A program made the translations under genes and the position numbers. A stretch of 63,509 bases of DNA, the filler included, from Octopus bimaculoides (lineage: Eukaryota): NCBI RefSeq assembly GCF_001194135.2. It is 5 parts of 4 records of this genome, joined end to end, with 100 filler letters (N's around TTAATTAATTAA, not from the genome) between each part and the next. Parts side by side here need not be neighbours in the genome. Positions count along the whole stretch, not along the records: positions 1 to 19,088 come from NC_068986.1; 4 more parts are not named here. One strand, given 5' to 3'. Under the pieces are notes generated by a model. That model saw nothing but the letters and a program-made list of their open reading frames with translations, had not been told where the DNA came from and ran no database searches. How positions within the stretch are numbered: the first letter of the stretch is position 1; each line of letters opens with the position of its first letter. This document shows positions 1 to 12,110 of this stretch, piece by piece.

Positions 1-94
1 CCATTTTTTTCTTTAATGGATTGTTCATGCATTCATGAACAATAGTCTTATTGGACATATCAGCTCAAAGAAGAACCTAACTCATGAATGAATG

Positions 95-140
<46 letters not shown>

Positions 141-1317
141 CACTGGTGACTCCGGTACTCGGGCTGTTTGCGCTCAGCCTGAGTATAAATTTAGTAAAGT
201 GAACACATATTTGCAGGCTGATTGAATTTCTGCCAACACTAACTTCAAGTATGTAATTGCAGCCAATAACTCAGACGCCTCTTATTGAGCCTGGTCGCAG
301 TTCGTTTATTTTTGTTCAGCGTCTGGCGGTTGTCTTCGAGGTGCCCTGTCTCAAAACATATCATTCATAGCAGACGTTCTCTCGACATCCTTCACATGTG
401 CCTGACTCGGACTCAGAAGTTACACTCTCAGTTATTTATAATCATAAAAATTAAAAGTAATTAAATTTCAATGTTTTCTTGAAACAATAAATTTCTATAG
501 AGATCAGGATTTAAATTCCAATCTATGAAAAGTTTCCATTCTACAATACTTTTAAAAAAACGAAAAATTATATCCAGCAACTCGGGCTAATATGAATGAG
601 CCTGGTAGGTGTAAAAGACTAACTGGCATCTCTTGTCTAGAGTACAGACGACAGTCAGATCACTGATGTTTGTTGTGCACTCTGCTTTCATTATATGATT
701 ACCAGTATTCTGTGCGTCTGTGTGCAAAGATCAGTTGTGTTTTGCAGGGTTGCTTTATTTTTATATATATATATATATCTATGGTTAAAATTTCATCAGC
801 AGCAAAAATATATGAATTTTCATGGGGGTTATGGCCTCATTTATTCCCCCTCACTTTCAAACATATACTGCATTACATCTGTCCTTATGCACAGAATATA
901 ATTTCCAAATTTCATAAAGATCCATTCAGTACTTTTGACTTAGTTTTGAATCATGAAAAAATGACTAAAATTTGGGAGTTAAGGCCCCCATTAGCGGATC
1001 GTGTGTTGAAGCATATTTTGTTATGTGTGGGGAGAGTCATTCTTTTTTAGTGCCTTATTATTTAACACTCTCANNNNNNNNNNNNNNNNNNNNNNNNNNN
1101 NNNNNNNNNNNNNNNNNNNNNNNNNNNNNNNNNNNNNNNNNNNNNNNNNNNNNNNNNNNNNNNNNNNNNNNNNNNNNNNNNNNNNNNNNNNNNNNNNNNN
1201 NNNNNNNNNNNNNNNNNNNNNNNNNNNNNNNNNNNNNNNNNNNNNNNNNNNNNNNNNNNNNNNNNNNNNNNNNNNNNNNNNNNNNNNTATACGTATATCA
1301 TCATCATCATCATCATC

Positions 1318-1700
1318 ATCGTTTAACGTCCGCTTTCCATGCTGGCATGGGCTGGACGGTTTGACTGAGGTCTGGAGAGCCAGTGGCTGCACCAGGCTCC
1401 AATCTGATCTGGCGAAGTTTCTACAGCTGGATGCCCTTCCTAATGCCAACCACTCTGAGAGTGCAGTGGGTGCTTTTTACGTGCCACCAGCACAGGAGCC
1501 AGAGGAGGCTGACAACTACCATGATCAGTTGGTGCTTTTTACGTGCCATTGGCACGGAAGCCAGTCAAGGCGGATGGTGCTTTTTTACATCCCACTGGCA
1601 TGGGGAGTCAGTCAAGCGGCACTGGCAACAATCCACGCACCAATGGTGCTTATTGTGTGCCACCAGCATGGGACCCAGTCAAGCGGCACCGGCATCGGCC
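1318..1700 (-). mobile_element. Dispersed SINE-like repeat (family D), (GAT)n tail, with internal degenerate tandem units
   Basis: CATCGTTTAACGTCCGCTTTCCATGCT(G/A)GCATGGG...CAGCTGGATGCCCTTCCTAA(T/C)GCCAACCAC recurs at about 2310-2390, 4455-4590, 6230-6480, 41267-41500 and 45065-45350, usually abutting (CAT)n. Confidence 0.8.
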
Positions 1701-1817
1701 ACAACTACAATTTCCATTTTTGATTTCGATTTGATTGAGATTCTAATTGTGATTTTGATTTTTGATTTTTGATTTTACTTGACTCAATATGTTTCCTCAG
1801 GTACGGCGTGTCGCCCA

Positions 1818-1848
<31 letters not shown>

Positions 1849-2399
1849 TGCACATAGATACACATATAGTTCAAATCTACAGAAAAAAGATGAAGACAGG
1901 TGAGGAAACAACAAGCAGGTGTATTAGTTTAATGCTTGGGAAAACTGGAAAAGTCTTTTATGTTTTGAGCCTATGCTCTTTAACAGAAAGGATTGAGAGG
2001 GAAAAAAAAGAGAGAGAATGAAAAAAAACAGAGAGAGGAAAAAGTGTGTAGGGGTTAACAGTTCAACATGGTGAAATAGCCAGAAGGAATGTGTATGTAT
2101 GCATATAATCATCATCATTGTTTAACAATTTTCAAAGGTGATGGTATTTTTTTAGCTCATTCAAATTTTCAATCAATCAACCATTTGCATTATAGGTGCG
2201 TTCATATACGCACCTATAATGCATATTGGAAACAAACTATAAGTCTACAATGCATAAATAAATAAATAAACGTTTATAATTCTTCATATATATCTATCTA
2301 TCATCATCATCATTTAATGTCCGAGTTCCATGCTAGCATGGGTTGGACGGTACCACATGAGCTGGCCAGGCCAAAGCCAGCGCCAGACTTCTGTGACTG

Positions 2400-2431
<32 letters not shown>

Positions 2432-3510
2432 NNNNNNNNNNNNNNNNNNNNNNNNNNNNNNNNNNNNNNNNNNNNNNNNNNNNNNNNNNNNNNNNNNNNN
2501 NNNNNNNNNNNNNNNNNNNNNNNNNNNNNNNNNNNNNNNNNNNNNNNNNNNNNNNNNNNNNNNNNNNNNNNNNNNNNNNNNNNNNNNNNNNNNNNNNNNN
2601 NNNNNNNNNNNNNNNNNNNNNNNNNNNNNNNNNNATATATATATAGGAAATGGCATAAAAAAATGAGTAAAGTCCATTATTTATACCTTTTCTTGTGCAT
2701 TACTTACTATGAATCCATGGTTGCATTCCCCAGGAAATTATGGACTTTTTGTCAAAGAGAACTGGTGATGGACTTCAACTTCAGATCTTGCCTTAGGATT
2801 ACCTGGAGTTCTATACAATTCAGAAAATCTTTTGTTAGCCTGGTGTATTTGTATTAACAGAGAGCTTGAGAAGTACTTTGCCCTTATTAATAACTCCCAT
2901 ATATATATATATATACATACATATAACCTGCAGATTATGAATATTACAATTATTATGTAATTCTGAACTTCTTGAAACAGCTGTCAGGTTAAGAAATTAT
3001 GTATTCTCTTCTTAGTAGTCTGTATTTTTTGTGCTCTATGTAAAACTATTTGTATATGTACATATGTGTTTATCTTTCAGAATATATGTGGATATATGAG
3101 TGTGTGCATGTGTGTGTGTGTGTGTGTGTGCATGTGCGTGTGTGTACATGCGAGTGTGTGTGTATGGGTATCATTCACACACATATTCATGCACAGAAAG
3201 TACAAGGAGAGGAAAATAAATTCTCAGAAGATGAATGCAGTCTTGAAGATTTGGTGTTGTAACATTTTCCTGTGAAGTATAAATGACCAGTTACCAAAGT
3301 CAGTGATTATTGGAAGGAAATGTTTTCCACAGAGAGAAGGGGAGCAGAAGAAAATTAGCTGGAGAGGGATAAAGAAAGAAAGCAGTAAGGAAAGAGGCTG
3401 GAAAGAACTGATATAAGACAGTGTGTGGGTGGGGAGATAAAGAGAAAAATACAAAAGCAAGGAAAGAGAGAGACAGAAAAATACAAAAGGCATTATTATT
3501 ATTATTATTA

Positions 3511-3569
<59 letters not shown>

Positions 3570-4219
3570 ACAATAGATTTTAATGATATTTGAGAAGTTA
3601 AAAGCTTGTTTCTTCCCATCATAAGNNNNNNNNNNNNNNNNNNNNNNNNNNNNNNNNNNNNNNNNNNNNNNNNNNNNNNNNNNNNNNNNNNNNNNNNNNN
3701 NNNNNNNNNNNNNNNNNNNNNNNNNNNNNNNNNNNNNNNNNNNNNNNNNNNNNNNNNNNNNNNNNNNNNNNNNNNNNNNNNNNNNNNNNNNNNNNNNNNN
3801 NNNNNNNNNNNNNNNNNNNNNNNNNNNNNNNNNNNNNNNNNNNNNNNNNNNNNNNNNNNNNNNNNNNNNNNNNNNNNNNNNNNNNNNNNNNNNNNNNNNN
3901 NNNNNNNNNNNNNNNNNNNNNNNNNNNNNNNNNNNNNNNNNNNNNNNNNNNNNNNNNNNNNNNNNNNNNNNNNNNNNNNNNNNNNNNNNNNNNNNNNNNN
4001 NNNNNNNNNNNNNNNNNNNNNNNNNNNNNNNNNNNNNNNNNNNNNNNNNNNNNNNNNNNNNNNNNNNNNNNNNNNNNNNNNNNNNNNNNNNNNNNNNNNN
4101 NNNNNNNNNNNNNNNNNNNNGTTGAAGGAAACGGCTGTCTGAAAATTTCTGCTTGAGGACATATTTCCCTTCTTCTTTTTCTTCTCCTTCTTCTTCTCCT
4201 TCTTCTTCTCCTTCTTCTT

Positions 4220-4283
<64 letters not shown>

Positions 4284-4898
4284 GAATTATTATTATCATC
4301 ATTAGAGTGGATTATAGCATAAATACCCTTGAGAAAGATCCAACATGATGTGATGATGATGATGATGGGATGAGGTGACTGGTGGTGATGATGATGATTG
4401 CACGTATTTTTATCTGTGTTTGTGCATATGTGTGTGTGTCATCGTCATTGTCAATTAACATCCGTCTTCCATGCTGACAAGGATTGGATGGTTTGTCAGA
4501 AGCTGGCAAGCCAGAGAGATACAGCAGGCTCCAGTTGCCTGCTTTGGCATGGTTTCTCTGGATGGATGCCCTTCCTAACGCCAACCACTGTACACTGTAT
4601 CTGCATATTCATGTCTGTGTGTCTATGCATACACACACATATAAAAGCTGTTTTAAGAAATCTTCCCGACAGTACATTCTGTGATTGTACCACTCAGGAG
4701 AACTGTATGACCAGCTGTCGTACTCATTATGAGCCACTTTGTGACCAAGTCAATCCACAAATGGACCTCCTGCTTTGTATTTCTGTTCAGTTATTCCATG
4801 AAATTTGGTCATAATGTATCAGAACAATTTTAGAAATAATACATTTCTAAATCTCTCAGAGACATTTATGCAGTAGTGATACGATGAAGTAGTTGTAT

Positions 4899-5030
4899 AC
4901 TGTCAACTTAATGTGACAGTCCCCTGAAGGGAGTAATACTACTGTTGTTTAGACCTAGGAAGCTAGTTTCCTAGGTCTAACCAACAGTAGTATTATTCCC
5001 TTCAGGAGACTGTCACATTAAGTTGACAGT
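4899..5030. repeat. Near-perfect 132-bp palindrome, probable hairpin MITE
   Basis: Arms 4899-4961 and 4968-5030 are reverse complements with 3 mismatches around a GCTAGT loop; TA precedes CTGTCAAC on the left. Confidence 0.85.
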
Positions 5031-5364
5031 GTCAGAACAACTTTACCATTTTTACAATTGCTAACAAATTTGAGCAATTGGCTGGCATCAAATTTTCTCA
5101 CAAAGCTTGATAAATCTGTTACAAAAAGACCCTCAAAATATTTCTTCACACTTCTGTCTTCCTTTATTGTTTATCTTGTTTCAATCACTGGACTGAGGCC
5201 ATGTTGAAGGGTTTAGTTGAACAAATCGTCCTCGGAACTTATTTTAAAGTCTGGTAATTATTTTGTTAACCCATTTTGCTGAACTGTTAAGTTATAATGA
5301 TGTAAACAAACCCATACTGGTGGTCAAGCATTGACAGAGAACAAACACACAAAAAACATATACG

Positions 5365-5500
5365 TGACTGGCTTCCACACAAGCTTTGCCTACCAAATTC
5401 ACTTACAAGGCATGGGTTGGCCCGAGGCAACAGTAGAAAGTACTTCACCATGGTGCCATATAGTGAGACTGAACCCAAACCCATGCAGCCACAGGCTTTT
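5365..5500 (-). mobile_element. tRNA-derived SINE, family A (head part)
   Basis: Reverse complement of GGCTGTG..CATGGGTTTGGGTTCAGTCTCACT..GGCACCATGGTGAAGTAC, matching the family A copy at 20986. Other minus copies at about 5975-6070, 9130-9290, 9880-10015, 41690-41810 and 46232-46385. Confidence 0.7.
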
Positions 5501-6143
5501 GAGTGGCACAGGAGTTTCAAAGCTGGTTGAGGGTGGTTCAAGATTAGGAACATTCAGGGTGAATAACATCATCCTCATCACTTGACATCCACTTTTCCAT
5601 GCTTCTGTGGGTCAGATGGAATTTGTTGGGGTAGATTTTCTAAGGCCAGATGCCCTGCCAATCACCAATCCATTTTTCATAGAAGACTGGAAATAAACAA
5701 CATCACTTGTATGACGGTGATACTTGTTTACAATCATCACATGATGTCAGGACAAAGGTAGACACATACATACCTACACACATATATATACGCACATATA
5801 CATACATACACGCACATATATTCATACATATACATACATACACACACATACATATACACACAAATACATGAATAAATACATACATACATACACACATACA
5901 TACACACATATACACATACATACACACATACATACACATATATACAAACACATACATACATATGCTCAACATGCCTTTATCAGTTTCTGTCTACCAAATC
6001 TGTTCACAAGGCTTTGGTTAGCCCAGGGCTGTAGTAGAAGATACTTGCCTAAGGTGCTGCATGCTGGGATCATCCACTAACAAAAATCACCTGAAAATAT
6101 GGTGAAAAATTTACATATTTGTCAAAATCCTATTGCTTTTGAT

Positions 6144-6174
<31 letters not shown>

Positions 6175-6195
6175 CATCATCACCACTATCATCAC

Positions 6196-6231
<36 letters not shown>

Positions 6232-6719
6232 GATTTAACATCTGTTTTCTGTGCTGGCATGGGTTGGATGGTTTGACAGGAGCTGGCAAGGCTGGGAGAA
6301 ACACCAGGTTCCATCATCTGTTTTTGTATGGTTTCTACAGCTGGATGCCCTTCCTAACACCAACTACTTTACTGGGTGCTTTTTACATGGCTCCAGCACC
6401 AGTGCTCCCCCCCCCCATCATGGCACCAGCACCAGGGCTTTTTATATAGCATCAGCACCATTGGTTTTTATGTGGCACTAGCAGCAACAGGGTTACCATG
6501 TAGCTTGCAAGACAAAAGTCTCTCAACTGGGAGTGGAGAGTATCATCAAGGCAGGGTCTCTTTGTGCCAGAAGACAAACTTTACAGCTACACAATTCATT
6601 TTTTAGTTTCTTTTTCTATTTGACTCTTCTGGCAGAAATATCATATTTGATTCCAGACATTGTAAGTGAGAGACAGAGAGAGAGAGAGCTGATAGATTGT
6701 TCAATATGGCTGTAGCGAT

Positions 6720-7110
6720 GATCATACTATTCCACCATGATGTTTCCTTCCATCTGACTGCAACCTTATTCTAACCACATCTCTTATCTGTAGATCACAG
6801 CCACTTGTCTTGTATGAACTCATAGTCATATTCTATGTTACGAATATGTCCCTCCTCATCTCCATCTCAACATGTGTGCTGTCTTTTATTACTTTGAACT
6901 TACATCACATTGGTCGTGTTTCACCTTCCTTAATTTCCCCTCCAGATTGCTTCATGTCTCTGCTTCTGTTCACTTCTTATACAGATGTCAAGAATCCTTA
7001 GTTTAGCTTGTGTACAACATCAGTCTTCACTGCTATCAATCTATCGCCCCATGTACAGATGTATCCAGTTTCCTGTGAGCATAAAGACTCTCTGGTTTCA
7101 AACTCAGCAG
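6720..7110 (-). mobile_element. Decayed 3' fragment of an RTE-clade LINE ORF
   Basis: Frameshifted minus-strand translation gives IDSSE..C..KLRIL, LRWR*GGHIRN and KWL*STDKRCG*NKVAVRWKE, resembling the RTE C-terminal RWxGHxxR...W.P..KR..GRP..RW pattern. Confidence 0.55.
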
Positions 7111-7134
7111 GAAACAGGATACTCACCAGGAGTA

Positions 7135-7395
7135 TCTTAACAGTAGCAAGAGGAATTTGAAGATTTTCGGCAATTTTTCGCTGGCTAAGACCAGCCTCAG
7201 ATTTCCCAACAATACGACCTCTTTGAAAATCTGACAGTTCTGTTGAATTTTTTCTGTGTGGCATGGTTCCTCTTCGCAAATGTTTAGTATAATGCCACCT
7301 GGAATGAAAAAGATTAATTACATTGTAAATTCTACGCTGCTGAAAACATATCAAGAGGCTTAGATCAGAAATTTTGAAAATTATAGGTGTCTATT
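7135..7395 (-). mobile_element. Tc1-like transposase 5' remnant (HTH region)
   Basis: MPHRKNSTELSDFQRGRIVGKSEAGLSQRKIAENLQIPLATVK is a typical Tc1 N-terminal paired-like HTH; ATG at 7264. Upstream sequence runs into a gap. Confidence 0.75.
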
Positions 7396-8367
7396 NNNNN
7401 NNNNNNNNNNNNNNNNNNNNNNNNNNNNNNNNNNNNNNNNNNNNNNNNNNNNNNNNNNNNNNNNNNNNNNNNNNNNNNNNNNNNNNNNNNNNNNNNNNNN
7501 NNNNNNNNNNNNNNNNNNNNNNNNNNNNNNNNNNNNNNNNNNNNNNNNNNNNNNNNNNNNNNNNNNNNNNNNNNNNNNNNNNNNNNNNNNNNNNNNNNNN
7601 NNNNNNNNNNNNNNNNNNNNNNNNNNNNNNNNNNNNNNNNNNNNNNNNNNNNNNNNNNNNNNNNNNNNNNNNNNNNNNNNNNNNNNNNNNNNNNNNNNNN
7701 NNNNNNNNNNNNNNNNNNNNNNNNNNNNNNNNNNNNNNNNNNNNNNNNNNNNNNNNNNNNNNNNNNNNNNNNNNNNNNNNNNNNNNNNNNNNNNNNNNNN
7801 NNNNNNNNNNNNNNNNNNNNNNNNNNNNNNNNNNNNNNNNNNNNNNNNNNNNNNNNNNNNNNNNNNNNNNNNNNNNNNNNNNNNNNNNNNNNNNNNNNNN
7901 NNNNNNNNNNNNNNNNNNNNNNNNNNNNNNNNNNNNNNNNNNNNNNNNNNNNNNNNNNNNNNNNNNNNNNNNNNNNNNNNNNNNNNNNNNNNNNNNNNNN
8001 NNNNNNNNNNNNNNNNNNNNNNNNNNNNNNNNNNNNNNNNNNNNNNNNNNNNNNNNNNNNNNNNNNNNNNNNNNNNNNNNNNNNNNNNNNNNNNNNNNNN
8101 NNNNNNNNNNNNNNNNNNNNNNNNNNNNNNNNNNNNNNNNNNNNNNNNNNNNNNNNNNNNNNNNNNNNNNNNNNNNNNNNNNNNNNNNNNNNNNNNNNNN
8201 NNNNNNNNNNNNNNNNNNNNNNNNNNNNNNNNNNNNNNNNNNNNNNNNNNNNNNNNNNNNNNNNNNNNNNNNNNNNNNNNNNNNNNNNNNNNNNNNNNNN
8301 NNNNNNNNNNNNNNNNNNNNNNNNNNNNNNNNNNNNNNNNNNNNNNNNNNNNNNNNNNNNNNNNNNN

Positions 8368-8424
<57 letters not shown>

Positions 8425-8704
8425 CTACTTGTATGAAACTAATAGTTGTACTTTATCAAAATTGATCTTCACATCAATGCCTCACTTCATTCACACAGAG
8501 ATAACGGATGATATTACATGCTACATAATGTAATACGTAATCATATATATCTCCATAAATATGCCACCTGGAAACTATTACACAGTTGAGAATGTAAACA
8601 CCAAGAGAGTCCAGCTAATGGCCTCATCAACACAGCATTTTCAAAAATCTTTTTTTAGCCCTAGGACTCATAAGACCACTTACCTGGTTTCCATGTTATA
8701 CAAC

Positions 8705-9035
8705 TGTGAAGACATGTGACTTACTGGTTAGGGTATTCAGCTCACAACCCTACAGTTGTGAGTTCCATTCCCAGCAGTGCATTCTGTCCTTGAGCAAGAC
8801 ACTTTACTTCATGTTGCACCTGTCCACTCAGCTGGCAAAAATGAGTTCTACCTGTAATTCAAAGGGGCAGGATTGTTACATTCTGTGTCACGCTGAATCT
8901 CCCTGAGATCTACGTTAAGGGTACGCGTATCTATGGAGTGCTCAGCCCCTTGGATGTTAATTTCACAAGCCAGCTGTTCCATCGATTGGATCAACTGAAA
9001 CCCTTGTCTCATAACTGACAGAGTACCGGTTTTTA
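8705..9035 (+). mobile_element. tRNA-derived SINE, family B
   Basis: A/B-box-like head (TGGTTAGGG..GAGTTCCATTCCC) followed by TGTCCTTGAGCAAGACACTTTAC..CACTCAGCTG core-like domain; homologous copy at 28915-29230. Confidence 0.7.
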
Positions 9036-9589
9036 TGTCATGTGACAGGTCACAGCATTCATCTTGAAGTCAGGGAAAAGATTGACTCGTATTTCTGTCA
9101 GTAAAGTGGGTATATTATATAGATACAATGGGCTTCTTTCTGTTTCCATCTACCAAATCTATTAGTAATATTTCAGTTCACTTTGGACTATAGAAAACAC
9201 ACAGTATGGCATACAGTGGGACTGGACCCAAGACCACATGGTTAGGGAGCAAGTTTCTTACCCACACACCCATGCTTACAGTGCCTATTATCTATGCATG
9301 CAGCTATTCTGGATGTTCCTGGGCCTCGATAGAATATTTCACTTGATAGTAAGTACTTTAGCAGTGATGTCTACAAGACTGTAAACAGGGTGTGGTGTGT
9401 GGTTAACTGGGTTTCGAGTGACAGGATTAGTTTTCATTAAACTATTTGCAGACTCAATCAAAAATTATTTCAGTAAATGAAATAAAATATGAAATTTTTT
9501 CCATTAAAAATATATTTGTGTAAGCATGGTATGTGTCGAGGCTGAGTGACTGTATGTTCTGTGTCTGTGTGTCTGTATGTATGTGTATA

Positions 9590-9738
9590 GGCACAGGCAC
9601 ATCTGGGTGGTAAGAAGCTTGCTTCCCAACCACATGGTTCTGGATTCTGTCCCACTGCATGACACCTTGGCCAAGTGTCTTCTGCTATAGCCTCAGGCTG
9701 ATCGAAGCCTTGTCAGTGGAAACTGAAACAAGCCTGTA

Positions 9739-9740
<2 letters not shown>
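9590..9740 (+). mobile_element. tRNA-derived SINE, family A
   Basis: GGTGGTAAGAAGCTTGCTTCCCAACCACATGGTTC..GTCCCACTGCATGACACCTTGGCCAAGTGTCTTCTGCTATAGCC followed by (TA)n. Confidence 0.8.
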
Positions 9741-9804
<64 letters not shown>

Positions 9805-11469
9805 TTTTATAGATATTTCAAAATTATGATGCTAGGTGTTTCCATTATTTTGTCCACACACACACACACACACACATATACGATGGGCTTCTTTCAGTTT
9901 CTGTCTAACAAATCCACTCACAAGGCTATAGTAGAAGACACTTTCCCAAGGTGCTACACAGTGGAACTGAACCCAGAACCATGTGGTTGGGAAGCAAGCT
10001 TCTTACCACACACCCACTCTTGCACCTCAGTATATAAACACAGATGCACACATATTGTATGAGTATGTATGCCTCTGTATGCTTCTACATATACTCTCAC
10101 AAATTATGTGTAATTGTATGTATGTGTTAGTAAATGCACACATTGTGTGTGTGTGTAAGAGAGAAACAGACAGACAAATAGATAGATAACAGACAGCACA
10201 AGAGGAGTGTGTCTGTGTAAGCAATGGTGCCGAGTTCTTTTTTTTATTATGTTTACCAAAACCTTAGATCTGTACAACTGGCACTGATTGCACTGATGCA
10301 CACAGGAATCACCAAAGGAACCACCGATGGGAATAATGGCAGAATGGGGCAGAGATGAGGGATGGGGTAGGTGAACCTTAACAAATGAAATCAAAACATT
10401 TAATTGGAAGGCAAAAGAAACAGTCACTGATTTGATCTAATAACAACATACATATATACGTATACATGTGTGTGTGTGTGTCTAGTATAGACACGCATAT
10501 AGACACACACACACATACACACCACATTATATATAATGATATATTTTTCGGCTATCATCATCATCATCATCATCCTCATAAAACGTATTTTTATTTCTCA
10601 TTGAGGGGAATAAAAGAAGTTACAGTTGTGTTGGATTTCTTCAGGTTTAGTTGAGGAATGAAGCAGTGTGTTATAATTTGTTTTGGAAGTAAATCAAAAA
10701 AATATTGCACCTGGCTAGGGTGGGGAAAAAGAAAGAGACGGCGATAAATAGGATGTAATGCATTTTATACTCACATGCGGACATGCGTGCACACACACAC
10801 ACACATTTGGAGAGAGAGAGAGAGAGATGAAGGATAACAAGAACAAAAAAAAAGATAATGACTGCAAGAAGAGAATATGAATGGATAATAAATTATTATG
10901 AATTGGAATAAGAAGAAAAGAATATGAAATAGATTTAGAATGAGAAGAATTATGGACGAGTGCAAAAAGTGTGAGAATGAATAAATAAGAATAAGGGGAA
11001 TAAGAAGAAGAAAAAGAAAGACAACAGAAAGAATATGGAGAATGGGAGGAATAAGAATTACTATTTCTAGAGTTTAAAGGCGGCAAACTGGCAGAATTGT
11101 TGTTAAGACAGCGGACAGAATGTTTGGCAGCAGTTTTTCTGTTTTTTACATTCTGAGTTCAAATGGTACCAAGGCAACTGGTGATGTGGGATGAACCGAA
11201 CATCTGGTTAAGGTGCCCTATGCTTCTCCTATTAGATCCCAGAAAGGGCATCGGTTGATATAGACAGACAGTAGGACGGTAGCCACGGAAATCGGAATCT
11301 GCTCAGGAGTGTGTAACAACTTACCTGCTGAATTGACCAGCCCTGAAAACGGATGGTGCTGGAGCGAGCAACTGATGTCAGACCAGCCAGTCGACAAGTT
11401 GTGCGATCGCCGGTGAGGCGACTTTCCGATGCCCGGCCAAGTAGGAGGGTGCCGCGTTGTGCATGGAAG

Positions 11470-11700
11470 CATATGGTGTAGTCGTTAAGAGCGTGGGCTA
11501 CTAAACCCAAGATTCCAAGTTCAATTCCAAGTAGTGACCTGAATAATAATAATAATAACATCGAAAAATACCTTAGGAATGAGAACCCAGGTTCAAAATT
11601 TCCCCAAGACACCTGATGAAGACTGGAGGGTATATCAGCCGAAATGTTGTGTTAACAACAAACAAGTTGAGGACAAATATCCGTCAAATGTAAATAATGT
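11470..11700 (+). mobile_element. tRNA-headed Penelope-tail element with hammerhead motif, copy 1
   Basis: tRNA-like head (TGGTGTAGTCGTTAAGAGC..CTACTAA..AAGTTCAATTCC), (AAT)n, then GACAC-CTGATGA-A-GACTG-loop-CAGCC-GAAATGT-T-GTGTT at 11608-11653. Homologous to 11860-12110 (-) and 50095-50330 (+). Confidence 0.75.
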
Positions 11701-11859
11701 AAAATGTACAAAGTGGACTTTGTCGTTTGTCCTTTTCAGATTGATAAAAATAAGTACTGAGTATCAAGGTCAAGACTGACAAAAAGCTGATACTCAGTAC
11801 TTATTTTTATCAATCTGAAAAGGACAAACGACAAAGTCCACTTTGTACATTTTACATTA

Positions 11860-11994
11860 TTTACATTTGACGGATATTTGTCCTCAACTTGTTTGTTGTT
11901 AATACAATGTTTCAGCTGATATACCCTCCAGCCTTCATCAGATGTCTTGGGGAAATTTCGAACCTGGGTTCTCATTCCTAAGGTATTTTTTCAA

Positions 11995-12041
<47 letters not shown>

Positions 12042-12110
12042 TCACTGCTTGGAATCGAACTCGGAATATTGGGGTTAGTAGCCTGCGCTCTTAACCACTA
12101 AGCCATTTGC
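11860..12110 (-). mobile_element. tRNA-headed Penelope-tail element with hammerhead motif, copy 2 (inverted)
   Basis: Minus strand has A-box TGGCTTAGTGG (12105-12095), B-box GTTCGATTCC (12060-12051), (AAT)n and GACAT-CTGATGA-A-GGCTG-loop-CAGCT-GAAACAT-T-GTATT (11946-11901). Confidence 0.75.

Noticed and set aside
2725-2880. Possible exon after TTCCCCAG (EIMDFLSKRTGDG.. or GLPGVLYNSENLL..)
   Set aside because: No recognisable homology and no consistent donor or open frame.
4671-4810. Possible exon after CTTCCCGACAG (TFCDCTTQENCMTSC..)
   Set aside because: Plausible acceptor but no recognisable protein and a weak donor; cannot be supported without RNA data.
10311-10370. Possible micro-exon ESPKEPPMGIMAEWGRDEGW
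   Set aside because: Poor polypyrimidine tract and no homology recognised.
11470-11540. tRNA genes at the SINE/PLE heads
   Set aside because: Acceptor and T stems do not pair properly and each is fused to a repeat body; treated as tRNA-derived heads.
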